Of a DNA stretch of 64,000 bases, positions 1-14,519 are shown piece by piece. The translations under genes were made by a program, and so were the position numbers. The DNA lies in NCBI GenBank assembly GCA_012295275.1, contig CM022673.1:12586001-12650000 (forward strand), written 5' to 3'. Under the pieces are notes generated by a model. It worked only from the letters and a program-made list of their open reading frames with translations, ran no database searches and had not been told where the DNA came from. The stretch comes from Chrysomallon squamiferum. Its lineage: Eukaryota; Animalia; Mollusca. Position 1 is the stretch's first letter. Each line of letters starts with the position of its first letter.

Positions 1-372
1 GTGTGTGTGTGTGTGTGTGTGTGTATATATTTGCTGTTGTTGTTTTTTTCATATAAAAGCTACATACAGTTGAATATTACTTTCGAGATCCTGACTAGAA
101 ATAACGAGAACTGAACTTACTACCTGATGTGTTAAATCAACATCTAACCAACCAGTCAGTTTCTTACTTGCTTCTTTCTCAGTGTTTGATTATTAGCAAA
201 TCTGACGTAACCGACACGCAAAACATATTACAATGACAATTCATCTATAATACACAGTCAACAACCGTTGTCGTTGCAAAAACAAATTAACGCAAAACAC
301 AGTCTACGTTTTTAATTAAAGAACTGCTATTATTAAATACTTAATAAGTTAGTTTATTAACTACGGACTTAC

Positions 373-490
373 CTGCAATGTTGTTGACAGGCTCAGCTAT
401 TGTCAGAATGAATATTAAAAAAACATGTTTACCGAGTTGCAACAAACAAAATATTTGTTTCATATAAGGGCGGCTCGAACGAAGGGTCAT
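373..490 (-). CDS. Candidate first coding exon of an unidentified secreted or type I membrane protein (signal-peptide-like); the gene would continue leftwards off the window
   Basis: Minus-strand frame reads (MTLRSSRPY)MKQIFCLLQLGKHVFLIFILTIAEPVNNIA-G, with in-frame ATGs at 490 and 463. It ends at a perfect donor CAG|GTAAGT (intron starts at 372) in phase 1, which is typical of signal-peptide exons. No homology recognised. Confidence 0.45.
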
Positions 491-495
491 GTTCC

Positions 496-506
496 GAAAG
501 TGAAAC
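496..506. promoter_or_regulatory. IRF-binding element / ISRE-like motif GAAAGTGAAAC
   Basis: Exact match to the IRF-E consensus GAAANNGAAA(C/G), immediately upstream of the candidate minus-strand exon. A GGGCGG GC box lies at 468..473. Confidence 0.45.
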
Positions 507-1929
507 CTAATGTGTCTTTGAAAAACAACAATTACAGAAATGAAAATCTGCTAATACATAAAACTAATCATGCCATAACAGCTTGAGAAAACATTATATA
601 CCTTCTCAAAATTTCTACTCGAAATAATTAAACTTTAAATACAATGCGGCATCTTTTTCGGTGACAGCAATTTCGTCCCCTTTTAGCCGCGTCCCCAATT
701 TAGAACGTCCCTTGCATCTTACTCAGTTTCGACCGAAGCAATACGAGCCAAGGTCACCCATCCTTATTATTGCCAACCGTGAAATGGAGCTTGTTTTCAA
801 AGCAAAGAACGTAGCATCAAGATGGGTTGTTTAGCACGAACAACGAAATGTATACATATACTATTAGTTTCGGTGATTCGGTGATATGCACATGCCCACA
901 GCGGATTAAAGCTGAACTTCTTTTATCGTATCATTTCTTATCTTTTTTCTTTCTCTCTTTTTTTTTTTTTTTTTTTTTTTTCTATCCGATTTCTAACAAA
1001 ACAATAACAAGATGGTGTCATGCACTTTAGCCAGTAGCGAATGTACTCACCGTATCGGATATATACATCAAAGCCCCTTTTCCATCTATCTGTTCAGTTA
1101 CGATTTTAAATTACTATCCTGTATCGAAAACATTAAAAATAGCAACCTTCTTTACAATGCCGCTAAATATAATTAACAAATACTACTACATCTGCAAAAT
1201 CTATTTGTTAAAAAAGTGCTGAAGATTTATTTTTGACGAATATTTTTTAGCCCCTCCCAGAAACTCTCCCAGATCCGCCCTATTGTCAACATCTTGTTTG
1301 ATGTATTTAAATACTTTCTGACGTTAATAAGCTAAATTTATTCTAACGTTAAGACGCTCTTAAGAAGCGGAAATGTGCGATATTTTAATTCGAAGCAACA
1401 AATTAAAATGGGCTCAGCTGCGCTATACTCACAGGAGTCAAACATGCTTTATTGTAATGCGCTCTAAGGAGTAATAAGGAGCAGAAATAAGCTCTTCCAG
1501 TAAGCCGAAAGGAGCCAGAATTTGTTTTGTTCTAATACGCTGTGTGTAGGCCCATATGAGGATGACGACTATGATGATGATAACGATGTCATATGATGAT
1601 GACCGAATGACGACGATGATTATAATAATGATGATGATGATGATATGATAGTCATGTCGTCGATGACGACAACGATGATAATGATATATTATTATTATTA
1701 TTATTATTATTATTAGGTGAGAAAGAAACTAAATAAATAAAAATAAATAATCCTTTACATAACTAACATAGAGATAATATCCAAAAACAAGGAACAGAAG
1801 TCGAAATTTAAAAATTATATATTCGTATTATATATATATATATTATTTCACGAAAACTCAAGTGGTCAAACTGGGGGCATATTGCTACTGAAATATATCA
1901 AATCAGTTAACATAAGCCAGGACTGCTGA

Positions 1930-2070
1930 TTACCAATCGTTACTATTACGCACTCTCGGACGCCTACTTAGACCGCGTAATTGTTCGGGTCAGCGCCTGG
2001 AAACGCATCGCGAATGTGACGCAGGCTCACGTGTGCAGTCGTGGACGTTGTTTCCGGATAAAACGAGGGG
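1930..2070. promoter_or_regulatory. CpG-dense patch with E-box (CACGTG) and ETS-like (TTCCGG) motifs; candidate cis-regulatory element
   Basis: Local GC and CpG content is visibly higher than the flanks and the motifs are seen directly. Function is inferred. Confidence 0.3.
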
Positions 2071-2208
2071 GAACAAATGAAAAAAAAAAAATGAAACAAA
2101 CTGATGATACACAAAGTCAACAGATGCCTGTCGATGCTTGAAGTGCATAAAGTGCTGAAGTGCATGAAGTGCTTGTAAAACAGTATTCTTGTCTTAAGAA
2201 TTGAGTCG

Positions 2209-2376
2209 ATCTGTAGTCCAGTGGTTCGAGCTTCAGCGTGAGACGTGTGTTGCTGTTTTTAATCTATTTCCCATTCCAACCAGAACCCCATGATTGTTAT
2301 ATCTATAATACATGTTATAGTATAGTATAGTATTGTCTACGGGAAGGTTCATATAAAAATTATTTTACCGCTAATC
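2209..2376 (+). mobile_element. Decayed tRNA-derived SINE (head plus central core)
   Basis: tRNA-like A-box head TGTAGTCCAGTGGTTCGAGC, core TATTTCCCATTCCAACCAG, then TGTCTACGGGAAGGTTCATATAAAA...GCTAATC. The same segments recur elsewhere in the window. From memory, the layout resembles mollusc Deu/Nin-domain SINEs. Confidence 0.55.
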
Positions 2377-3539
2377 AAAACAGTCAGGCCAATTTATAAT
2401 TATTTTAGAATTGTTTAACAATAAGTATGATTTTTAATTTGAAAAACGATGACTTCATTTTTAAATAAATAATACTTTCCTATCTTCCTTCCGACCTTTC
2501 TTCACTTATTTCACCTTCTCACTATGTTTTTGAGACATTAAACAGAAAACAAAGTTGAGATATTTTGAGTCTGTCAGAAATGCATCTACGGCTGTTTCAA
2601 AACACAAAAGCTATTTGTGAAAAGGTTACGAGTTTTAAATGTGTGGAAATATATTCTACAGTTATTTTCCTGTCGAGTCGATATCGACAGAACATCTTGA
2701 CAAAACAAAAGTAATCAGCGATTTGTTATCTCAGAGAATCTTATCAGCATACTGCATAATCGTTAAATTTTCGTTCTTTGCTTATTTGCTTATTCGTAAC
2801 AACAGGAATGTTATATATATCACGTGATCGTAACGTGACCATGTAGGCTAATTTATCTGACCTGACCAAACATTAAATTTTGTTCTTGTTTTTTTTCTTT
2901 CTTTCTTTTTTTTTTGTTTTTTTTTTTTTGTTTTTTTTTTTTTTTTTTTTTTTTTTTTTCTTTATTTTCTTTTTTCTTAATTTGTTTAATAAGACAGTTT
3001 ATTTATCGCTTAGTTTCAAATTCCTTCGCTATAATTTTAATATCAACTAACCAATTTATCGAAATCCTTTAATTTCGCCGGCATCAATTTTTGCAAAGTC
3101 ATCTACTTTTCACTGGAATGATTGTTATATTATTGCAACCCCCAAATGCACCGTTAACCGGAAAGTGCCAAAGGTTGTGTATACTTTGTAAGTGACCTCA
3201 GGAATATACGATATACGAAGCACGGAGACTGCGAATTTACCTTGCAGATAGATCTCAATTGATCTCATTTGATCTGACCACGTTTAAAATACTTTGTGAG
3301 ACTTTTCTGGTAATGTTTTAATAGATTTAGCCGCAGAGTTTTAATTATTTTATATTTCACATTTTCTGAGTGCAAATCGAGCAGGATGAGTCCGGTCAAT
3401 GTCATACTGTAGAAAAGCGCTTTGTTAAAAAGTATATATATATATAATAGTAATAAAAAATAAAAAAAAATATAGAAAGATAAAATGGCCAAATTGTTTT
3501 GATTATTTATTATTCTATTATTATTATTATTATTATTAT

Positions 3540-3592
<53 letters not shown>

Positions 3593-3709
3593 TTTATTTA
3601 TTTATATTACTATTTTTATTATTTTTAACTGAAATCACTAATTTATATCCTTTATGATTCATAAAAGAAGATATGCACAGACAGAGAGAAAGAGATATTA
3701 TAATCAAAA

Positions 3710-3868
3710 CTGACCTTTTCCTTTCATTTGAGTCTATTTCTGAATCACCCATTACAACCAATACTGACCTATTCTTTTAATCTGAACCTATTTCTGAATA
3801 CCCGTTGCAACCAACATTATTGACCTTTTCCTTTTATTTGAGCCTATTTCTGAATCACCATTGCAACT
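3710..3868 (+). repeat. Degenerate tandem repeat, 3 copies of ~55 bp
   Basis: TGACCTTTTCCTTT(C/T)ATTTGAG(T/C)CTATTTCTGAATCACC..TTGCAAC occurs three times with substitutions. Confidence 0.85.
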
Positions 3869-6800
3869 GGTACTCCTAACGAATAAAAAAAAAAAACCTT
3901 CCCTTGTTATTTAAAAGAATCATATTTTACTCTATCGTCATGGTTGGTATTATCGTATCATCTCACAAATCGTACAAGCTGGTACACCCACAACACACAG
4001 TTCTTGCTTTCTGCTGTCCGAGGTGTGTACCGCAAAGACGGTTTCGACCTCAAAACCAGCAGCACTGACCTGAACAGGTTGGTTAGATGCAAAGTTAATT
4101 TATCTACCGACAAACGTACATATATAGGTAATCAGAAAGATCGATAAGACGTGAATGTATATTTACGATCGTATATATCCAACGTGTGTAATTACATGCA
4201 CTGATAAATAAAATATGCAAGCAAAGACATTTGCTGGTCTCTTTTAACACGTTAATTTACTTTGTGGTATTAATTGTGATACAAGAAGCATGCCATTTGA
4301 TTGTTTGATAGTGTTGTTGTTTTGAGGAAAGTTGTTTTCTTTCGTTTTGGTGGTCTTTGTTGTTTTGCCTTTTTGTCTGTCTTCTTGTTGGGGTTTGTTC
4401 ACTTCCTGAATAAATATAATTTTGTTAGTAGAATTAACTCGTCTGGATTTATAGATATATGGACATACGCACGTATGTATGTATGTATGTAGGTAGATAG
4501 ATAGGTATGTATGAATTATGTATGTGCGTACGTATGTATGTATGTAAGTACAAGTGTATTTATGTATACATGCAGAGAACAGGAAATGGGAGAGTTAGAA
4601 AGAAATGATTTTTTGTTTGTTTGTTGTTGTTTTTTTGAAGTAAAGAACACCAGACTAAACTTCAAGTTAAACCAATGACTCTTTCAGCTATTTTGCAAAT
4701 AAACATTAGTAATTCACAAATAATAAACTTAGCATTATCCATCGTTAAAGATAAAATGAAAAACTGTTACATTTCTCAATATAATTACTGCTAAAGAAAA
4801 AGATCAAAAATTCAACGGCATGATGAGATTAATTTTCCAAAGCGTGAGCAATGATTTAATTTCCGTTATACAAAATAACTCTTTAAGATTTTCCCGTTTC
4901 GCTCAGACGAACAGAAATTCACAGAAGGACTTTTTTCTTTTTTCTTCTCGCGCAATTACTTCCGGATCGTCAAGGCGGTACAAAGGCGTAATTTGTAACG
5001 TGTCTATTGAATTGTTCATTTTCTGTCAAGTTAACGGAATGTGATTATGATCTGTTTTCAAGAAACGATTGAAAATATTTCCCAACTGTTAAGAGACTGA
5101 ATGATACAGTGATGTGATAGATAAATAGAATGAGGTTTGTGTTTTAGTTTTTAATAAAGAGTTAACAATTATAGTAATGTTACTACTATTATTACTCCTG
5201 CTAATACTTCTACTACTGCCGTTCACTACTATTACTGTTACTACTACTACTATGATTACTTTTATTATTGATTTTATTATTATTATTATTATTTGTTGTT
5301 GTTGTTGTTGTTATTATAATTATTTACTTATTTTTATTTATTTATTTTATTTTTATTATTCATTATTATTTTATTTTATTTTTTATTATTATCATTTTTT
5401 GATCTTTATTAATATTATTATATTTATTTTCTTTGCTTGTTTTTATTTATTTATTTATTTATTTTCTATCTATCTGTCTCTTCTATTCTGTTGTATTGCA
5501 GTCTTTTCTTTTGTATTATTTAGTTTTTGCGTTTGAAAATACAAATCTCAGTCTTATATGAAGAGTCAATCGTGAATTTATTGCCTGGCAATAAAATACC
5601 TCTTACTGCTAATCAGCATGAACCCAACTTAGAACCCTGGCATGTTAGTATATAAAAAAAAAATTATTTACACGTTTCCAGTATATCAAAATACGCTGAG
5701 ATGTTAAAAAATATATAAATATATATATTTTTTATATTACTGAAACAATAAATCAAGACAGAGCAAATAGGATTTTAAGTCCTGTTATATAATGTCGTTC
5801 TACTTGTTTTGATATGTATCCAAGTGTTACGCAGGTTATTATTTCGAAAACGTGAAGTAGATGTAATATTTGTATGAAATTAGTTTTTTCTGGTCAGACT
5901 CACGCAATCCCTCATCAAAACAACTGACATTTTCTCCTCACAGAAGCGCGCCAGTGGCGAGACGATAATCAAATTGTTATGTTATAATCAAGTTAAAAAT
6001 AATGTGAGACTTTTCTGATTCCATCCCTTTACAAACAAACACACAAGGGTAGAAAAGATTAGAAACAAACCGTACCTACGTGACAAGTGAACTATGTACA
6101 AATCTCTGTGTTTAAGCTAAATCGATCAAAATTGGCACGATGGTAGTTTAAAAGTCAGTGCTTCATTGCCATGCAGTTTTTATGGCGTCATGGAAAATGG
6201 GATCGATTCCCGTCATCTGTATCTAACACAAGATAAATAAGATTTTCTAACGAACTTACATGAAAAAAAATTTAACTCAAGATTTTGTTAAATCAGCGTG
6301 AAGTTGGAATAAACCCAGTAACACAGAGCTAAGTCGTGAGACGGATACAGCATCAGTCCTTGGTATGTTCATTATTTCCCGTTCTAGCCAGTACTGATCA
6401 TACTCTACAGTACAGCCGCTGATGAATATATATATATATATATATAATACACAAAGACAAGCTAACATTACACATATATACATGCATATACACACATGCA
6501 TACACACACACACGCACGCACGTACGAACATACAGAACAGGCATCTGAAAGGTGTTATAAATAAATGAGCCAGTTTTAACATCGGGAATCCCGACTATCC
6601 CGACTACCTGGAAGAGGAAAACTGGCACGAAACAAAATAAAAATATAAAAAATAATAACAATGAAATAAAAAATAAAAAAAATAAAAATAAAAAACCTGT
6701 TGCAGAATGTTTCAGAGATATAGCAGATAGATTCCAAGATCAAACACGATCGTCAAATCACGATCTTTCATTTCTTTCTTTTTTTTTTTTTTTTTTTTCT

Positions 6801-7289
6801 TCTTCTTTTTTTTTCTTTTTTTTTATTAAACCTTTATCTGATTTCCATGGATTCCAGCTCATTTCACGTAAGAGTGCGTTGACTTAGAAAAAAAAAGACT
6901 ATAAAACAGCATGGAACGGAAAACATATTAGAACAAGAAACCTTAAATCAGCCGCGAAGCGCATGAAAAATGAACTTGACACTACTACAATGAGGGATAA
7001 TTTGACTTAAATTCCCCCACGCTGAGAGCGCACCGCAGCAGACCTGTTACTACAGTCTGACCGTCACTACAAGACTAGAACAACAGTAACAGGGGAATAC
7101 ATATATAGTCACTTATCGTTCTTTTTAAACGTGCTTATATCTTATGAAGTTTTTGATATTTCGCTTAGACATCGTAAGTAATATTTTTATGCTAACATGA
7201 GAGAATTAACGTAGATTTCTCTTTCACTGCTTCTGTTTATAAGTGTAATATTTAAATGGTATATTTTAACCGATATCTTGTCGATTTTA

Positions 7290-7331
<42 letters not shown>

Positions 7332-8310
7332 CATTAAAACAGTGTTTTATTTTTATGAAAACTTATAAAATAAAAACAAAACTCAAATAAATTAACATTA
7401 AAATTTCTCCACTTTCTTTTAATAATTTTATAAAGAATTTTCATTTATAACTTAACAGAATTCTCTTTACGACTGTCAAGAACGTTACTCATAAATCTGT
7501 GTGTAACTGTATGTATTTACTAAACAATTATAAAGTACTCTTTCGTTTTTTCTTTTTTCTCTTGCGCCCATGGCTGGAAAAATAGTATCTCATTGATGTT
7601 GTTTTACATCTTCATATTGATTTCTACCTCAGGTAGTTTTTATCCACTTATAACCACCGAAATAGAATTTGTCCAGCGATCCTCAAGTGGACGGCCATCA
7701 GCAGACTGCTCTGAATAAAAAAGTGATTGATCTAAAGTCTGTTTCTTTTTCGATTTACTCAGACAATTTGTAAAACACTCTACGAAAAAGATGTATGTAG
7801 TAGGCGATAGTGAAAAACGGAGTTTCCGAATTGTTTACCGCCTGAATGTACGAAAATGTGGGTTAAAATAAAAAAAGGAACAATATATAAATATATATAT
7901 ATATATATATACAGACGTACGCATATATATATACACCCACATGCACCGACGCACGAATATACACATTCATTTACATCAAGCACAGAACACAACAAACGAT
8001 ATGATTAGAATTATGTAAGACCGCGATTTATGACAATACAACAGTTCACGACCTTATATCAGTATTCATGAGACGGCATCAAAGTCTAAAAGATCCTGAT
8101 TCAGGACAAGTCATCAAATGAGACATTAATTCATAATAGTCATCAATAGCAGCGAACCGCAGTTAAAAATGACACCTGAGCAGCAATTATTCCCAACTGC
8201 TTTTTACAAAGACCCAATTACTCGACCGATCTTTTTACGGGCTACGCTAGAAATACATAACAATCAAAAAAAAAATAATTTAGAATTATACATGTTTACA
8301 TATTTAAACA

Positions 8311-8342
<32 letters not shown>

Positions 8343-9617
8343 CATTATTTCGGTAATCTGCAATAGTAAAACAGACAAAAACTGCACTCTTAGTTCGTAA
8401 CAAGACCCCCACAATGGCTACTACCATTCAGAGACCAGTGTGTGGTTCCTACAACCGGACACCAGAACAGGACACTGGAGATTTTTCACTTGACAAATAA
8501 AGTAGTCAGATTACTTCGTGTAAGACAGGCGAAATTCTGACTCGACTCGCTGAACTCTCGTCTCTTCAGCACCGTCTAACTTCGAGTGATGAGAGACAAA
8601 GTTAATAGCTCAGACGTTCGATTGCTGGAGGTCTGTCTGTCTGTCTGTCTGTCTGTCTTGTATGTTTAGAAGTCTTCATCCATCTTCATCAGATTACGAC
8701 GATAGCTGGCAAACAGTTCAGATGACACCGAACTGTTGGACGAAATAGCTGAAGATTTTTGTCGAGTATGAGACACGACACACTGTAGATCTCATTTTTC
8801 TTCGCTATAGCGAACTGTTATCAGCGTTGTTTCTTCACGTTTAATGATTTTTTTTTTTTTTAATTAAAAATTTCATATTTCTCAGACACACGAATATACA
8901 TATGAGATATGAATTGAAAATATTAGTTAGTGACATGTAGTCGTACTAATAGTAGTAGTAGAATTAACAGTTGTAGTAGCAGTAGTCGTAGCCGTAGTAG
9001 TAGTAGTAGTAGAAGACGTTGTTGTAGTAATAATAGTTGTTGTGGTGGTAGCAGTAATAGTTGCAAAGTAGTAATAGTAGTAGTAGTAAAAGTAGCAGCA
9101 ACAGTAGTAGTAGTAGCAGAAGTCGTGGTAGCTGTAGCTGTAACAGCAGCAGTAGAGGCACTGACATTACCATAGTATCGAATTATTAATTATAACTAAT
9201 CCTCAGCGTCAATAGATTAAAGAATTTCCTGTTAAAACAATTTCATACCTCTTTGACTACTCTCCGCCGTCTACGTGATAACAACATCGTACAATTATTT
9301 GTTCCTTCCTGGTTAAAGAATCTGTTTTCCTTTTACTGGTGCGCACAGAAATAAAAAGTGTAAATACTCTGCTGACAGGATAATATCGCGAATGATCGTA
9401 ACGCGACACGAGAGAGAGAGAGAGAATAAAAAAAACAAAAACAGTAACAAATTAGGTTAACAGTTTTTGTCAGGACTGGATAGATCGAGTTAGATAAAGC
9501 TGCTGTAAGTGTCTTTGAAAATATCAAATAGTCGAAATGAATTAATTGAAGAGAACCAGTGTCAGTATGTTGTTGTTTGTGATGTATGGAAAGACAGAGT
9601 AGGGTGCTGGATAACGT

Positions 9618-10664
<1,047 letters not shown>

Positions 10665-10670
10665 AAAACA

Positions 10671-10912
10671 TCTCTAAAATAATATGAATCAAAACGCAAC
10701 TCTAAAATAACAGCAAGAACTAAAACGTTACTCCAAAATAATTATAAGAGTCAAAATGTAACTTTAAACTAGCGACAACTCTAAAATAATAACGAAACGA
10801 AACTGTAAAATAACCACAAGCGAAAACGTAATTATTAAAATAACGACAATTAAAAGCTCGCTCTAAAATAAAAACACAAGAGACAAAAGTGACTGTAAAA
10901 ATAACGACAAGA
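10671..10912 (+). repeat. Degenerate ~28-30 bp minisatellite anchored on CT(C/G)TAAAATAA, about 8-9 copies
   Basis: The anchor motif recurs at roughly regular spacing with A-rich variable linkers. Confidence 0.7.
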
Positions 10913-11588
10913 CTCTACACACACACACAGCAACAAAAATACACGACCAGCGTTTTATCAGAGATACATACCAAACTGCGCTACCTGTCGTCCCAAGCCG
11001 CAGACACACAACACATTCCGTGACTTCGTAGACCGCGTTACAAGACAAGTAACGTACGTGGTAGTATCGACCACATGTGTTTTCTAACTAGCCGCAAGGA
11101 CGGAACTACTTTTTGTCGCCGCTGAGTTACACATCGCGGTGCTCCTGGTCAGGTATGACATCATAATATGATGTGACGGTTTCTCCAATCACATTTAGCA
11201 CGCACAGGTTGTCAGCTTTGCGAGAGGCCTGCTGGTGTTTAACAAACAAACAAACAAACAAACAAAATCTGCGCTAGGCTGTCTGTGACGTGTTCGTCGC
11301 TGACTTTCTGATTGGGAGAAAAACGGCGGCAGTGAGAAAAGCAGGGCGGAATGCCGCGAACTTTCTGTCACAGAGGAGGACGCAACTTTCGTTTGTTAGA
11401 ACACAGACAAAATGCAACATCTGCGATGATTCTAAAGGTGATTTATTTCTCAAAATCAGGAATCACCTAAACTGATATCAGTTGTGTTAGTTGTGTGAAT
11501 GCTGCAAGTTAGCTACGAGTTGACGCGTGGTCAGATTTTTTGTTTTTTTGTTTTCGAATTGTGAATGTACGTTTGTTCATGAAGATAC

Positions 11589-11659
<71 letters not shown>

Positions 11660-12899
11660 CACACGTCTGAAGAGAACGCGCGTATATGTATGGACAGACA
11701 GACAGACAGACAGAGATTCTTCAGATATTTATATCATCTTTGAAGTTTCAACCACAAAAAAAAATCAGAACGCGAAGATCCCACTGTGAAAATTTCTGTA
11801 AGTGTGCAATGCGTGCATGCTCAAAATGGCAAAATATGAAGTGTAAATATTCGTAAAGTTTCCCTATTTTTACTTATGAAGAGTGCAGTCAGTTGTACAG
11901 GCTCCATTACTGAATTCTTTTTCTTTTTTTTTCTTTTTATAATTTGTTTATTGGTATTTCTTTACTTACTTATTTTATTTAATTAGTTAGTTACATGTTT
12001 ATTCATTCATTCGTTTATTTGTTTGTTTACTTATTTATTTGTCTTTATTTATTTATTTATTTATTTTATCATTTAGTGATCCTTATTTATTTATTTATTT
12101 TATCATTTAGTGATCCTTATTTATTTATTTATTTTATCATTTAATGATCCTTATTTATTTATTTATTTGTTTATTTATTTAAATATTCATTCGTTCATAT
12201 ATTTATTTGTTTCTTTCTTTCTTTCTTGGTTCATTTATTTATTTTTTTTTTTTTATCTATCTATCTGTCTATTTATCTATATATATCTACATATCTGTCT
12301 ATCTCTCTCTCTATCTATATATATATCTATCTATCTATCTATCTATCTATCTGTCTCTCTGTCTGTCTGTCTGTTTGTTTATCTGTCTGAGGTTTGGAAG
12401 AAGAAATACATCCAAATAATAATTTACGAAACACTGTGATTCTAATCATTAATTCTGAGATCAGTTCTATAAATATTCACCATATTTTGTAATTATTAAT
12501 TTATTTATTTTTTTCAACCTACTGTTATATTTCCTAAAATAAATGAAAATGTGTAAAAAAAATAATTAAAAAAACAAACAAAAAAAACCTAGCTTGTTTC
12601 AGTTAACGCCTACATCAGTCCAAATATTTTATTATGTAAAGTATACAACGATCGGCTTTAAGCAGTAGAAACAGACAACACGTTAAAGACTACATGTATA
12701 CGTGTCTGTATCTTATAATATCTGCTATGGTCTTGTTTTTTTTTAAATCTCTTTTCGCCTGAAGGTAAAATGTGTGGGTAGTAAAGATTAAGCTGCCAGC
12801 AGCTAGACAGATATAGATTTAACTAGTCTTAAATAATAATTTTTTCTGTGTTAGAACATTAACTGTAAGTACAGTGAATGTGAATGTGCAACTTATAAA

Positions 12900-13475
12900 G
12901 AAACATATACAAACATAAATCACACATACATAAATATATATGATGATATACATGCATATACACATACATACATACATATACACATACATACATACATGCA
13001 TACATAGATGCATACATGCATAAATATATACATGCATGCATACATGCATACATACATAATAAATACATACATACATACATACATATACACATATATACAT
13101 ACATACATAGATGCATACATACATACATAAATACATACATATACACATACATACATAGATGCATACATACATACATACATATACACATACATACATACAT
13201 GCATACATACATGCATACATGCATACATACATACATACATTCATACATACATAAATTATACATCATATATATACATACACTTCGAAGTGCAGGCGAACGA
13301 GTCTTGTCAGCGGCATCTGGGGGGATTTGTTTACACACACACACACACACATATATGTATATTTGTATGTGTATATATATGTATGTACGTATGTATAAAT
13401 GTACGTATGTATGTAAGTCTGTGTGTGTAAATGAAACACAAACGTGCACGCACACACATACACACATTCATATCT
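12900..13475. repeat. Compound (CATA)n/(CA)n/(TATG)n microsatellite block
   Basis: Seen directly; accounts for the MYVC/HTYI ORFs. Confidence 0.95.
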
Positions 13476-13580
13476 AGTCATAAACATCAACTGAATTATC
13501 TGCGAAGCTGCTAAGAAAAGAGTTTTGTCTGTGACTTTATTAAACTGCTGATGTCGCGACTGGGTGACATGAGAGACACC

Positions 13581-13649
13581 CTGTGTTACACAAACAGTTA
13601 CTCTGTGTTACACACACAGTTACTCTATGTTACACACACAGCTACTCTG
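13581..13649 (+). repeat. 22-bp tandem repeat x3 (CTGTGTTACACACACAGTTACT)
   Basis: Three consecutive copies with 1-2 mismatches each. Confidence 0.9.
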
Positions 13650-14519
13650 ATTAGTCACCTACGTTCACCCACAATGTTGTTACTTTCGACAATCTGCGGA
13701 TCTTACGCTGTTTCGCCGCTGTGGAGTGTTTACGTCGCCGACGTAGTAACAACACGGTGAAATTAATATTACTCCTTCACACCACTTACGTGACTGCATC
13801 GTATTTGCTATGTTTTGGATGTTGTTGGAGGTGTTGTAGATGTCACTTGTTGCTAATATCATTGTTGTTGTCTTCCTTAACATAACAATCTCCACATCTA
13901 ATTCCGACCCTGGAAGAATTAGGACTTGAACGCCTCTAAACCCCGCCCTGTATATAAATAATTAACGAAATCTGATCTATAAACCCTGTTTCAAATAAAT
14001 TAATACTGTCTTTGTTTGTAGCGATCAGCGAATTTTGGTACTTCGTAAAAAAGAAAAAAAACCTTTGTTCTTTTTCACTTCTGACGTGACGTGTTCGACG
14101 TGGAACGTTTACTTCTGAAACCGTCACAGGGACGTGGACTCGCATCCATCGTCGTCTTTGATGGCCATTTTTATTACGAGAAAGCGTCTTTGAACTTACA
14201 CTGAACCGCTAAGGTCTCGAGGAGGGAAATAACATCACTTACAAAGTCTTAGAAACACGATAATAATATTCTATTACTTCTAGTGCGGATGCCGCAAGAA
14301 GAAATTATGACGGCAACAAAGGACCGGGGAAATGTCGAACAACGGAGCTTACGCGACATTGCGTGCGTCAATTCCCGGTAGATTCCGACTGTTTGCGCGC
14401 GGCAACGTCGGAGCCTAAAAAAATCAAAAAGAGCTCTGACGTTACGAAAAACAGTAAAAGAGAGAGTGTTGTTTTTTGTTTTTTTTAATTTATTTATTTA
14501 TTGTGATTTTTTTTCTTAT

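Noticed and set aside
1250-1283. CCCAGATCCGCCCT resembling the GGGGCGGATC terminus of common invertebrate MITEs
   Set aside because: No partner inverted end or target-site duplication found, and too short to support.
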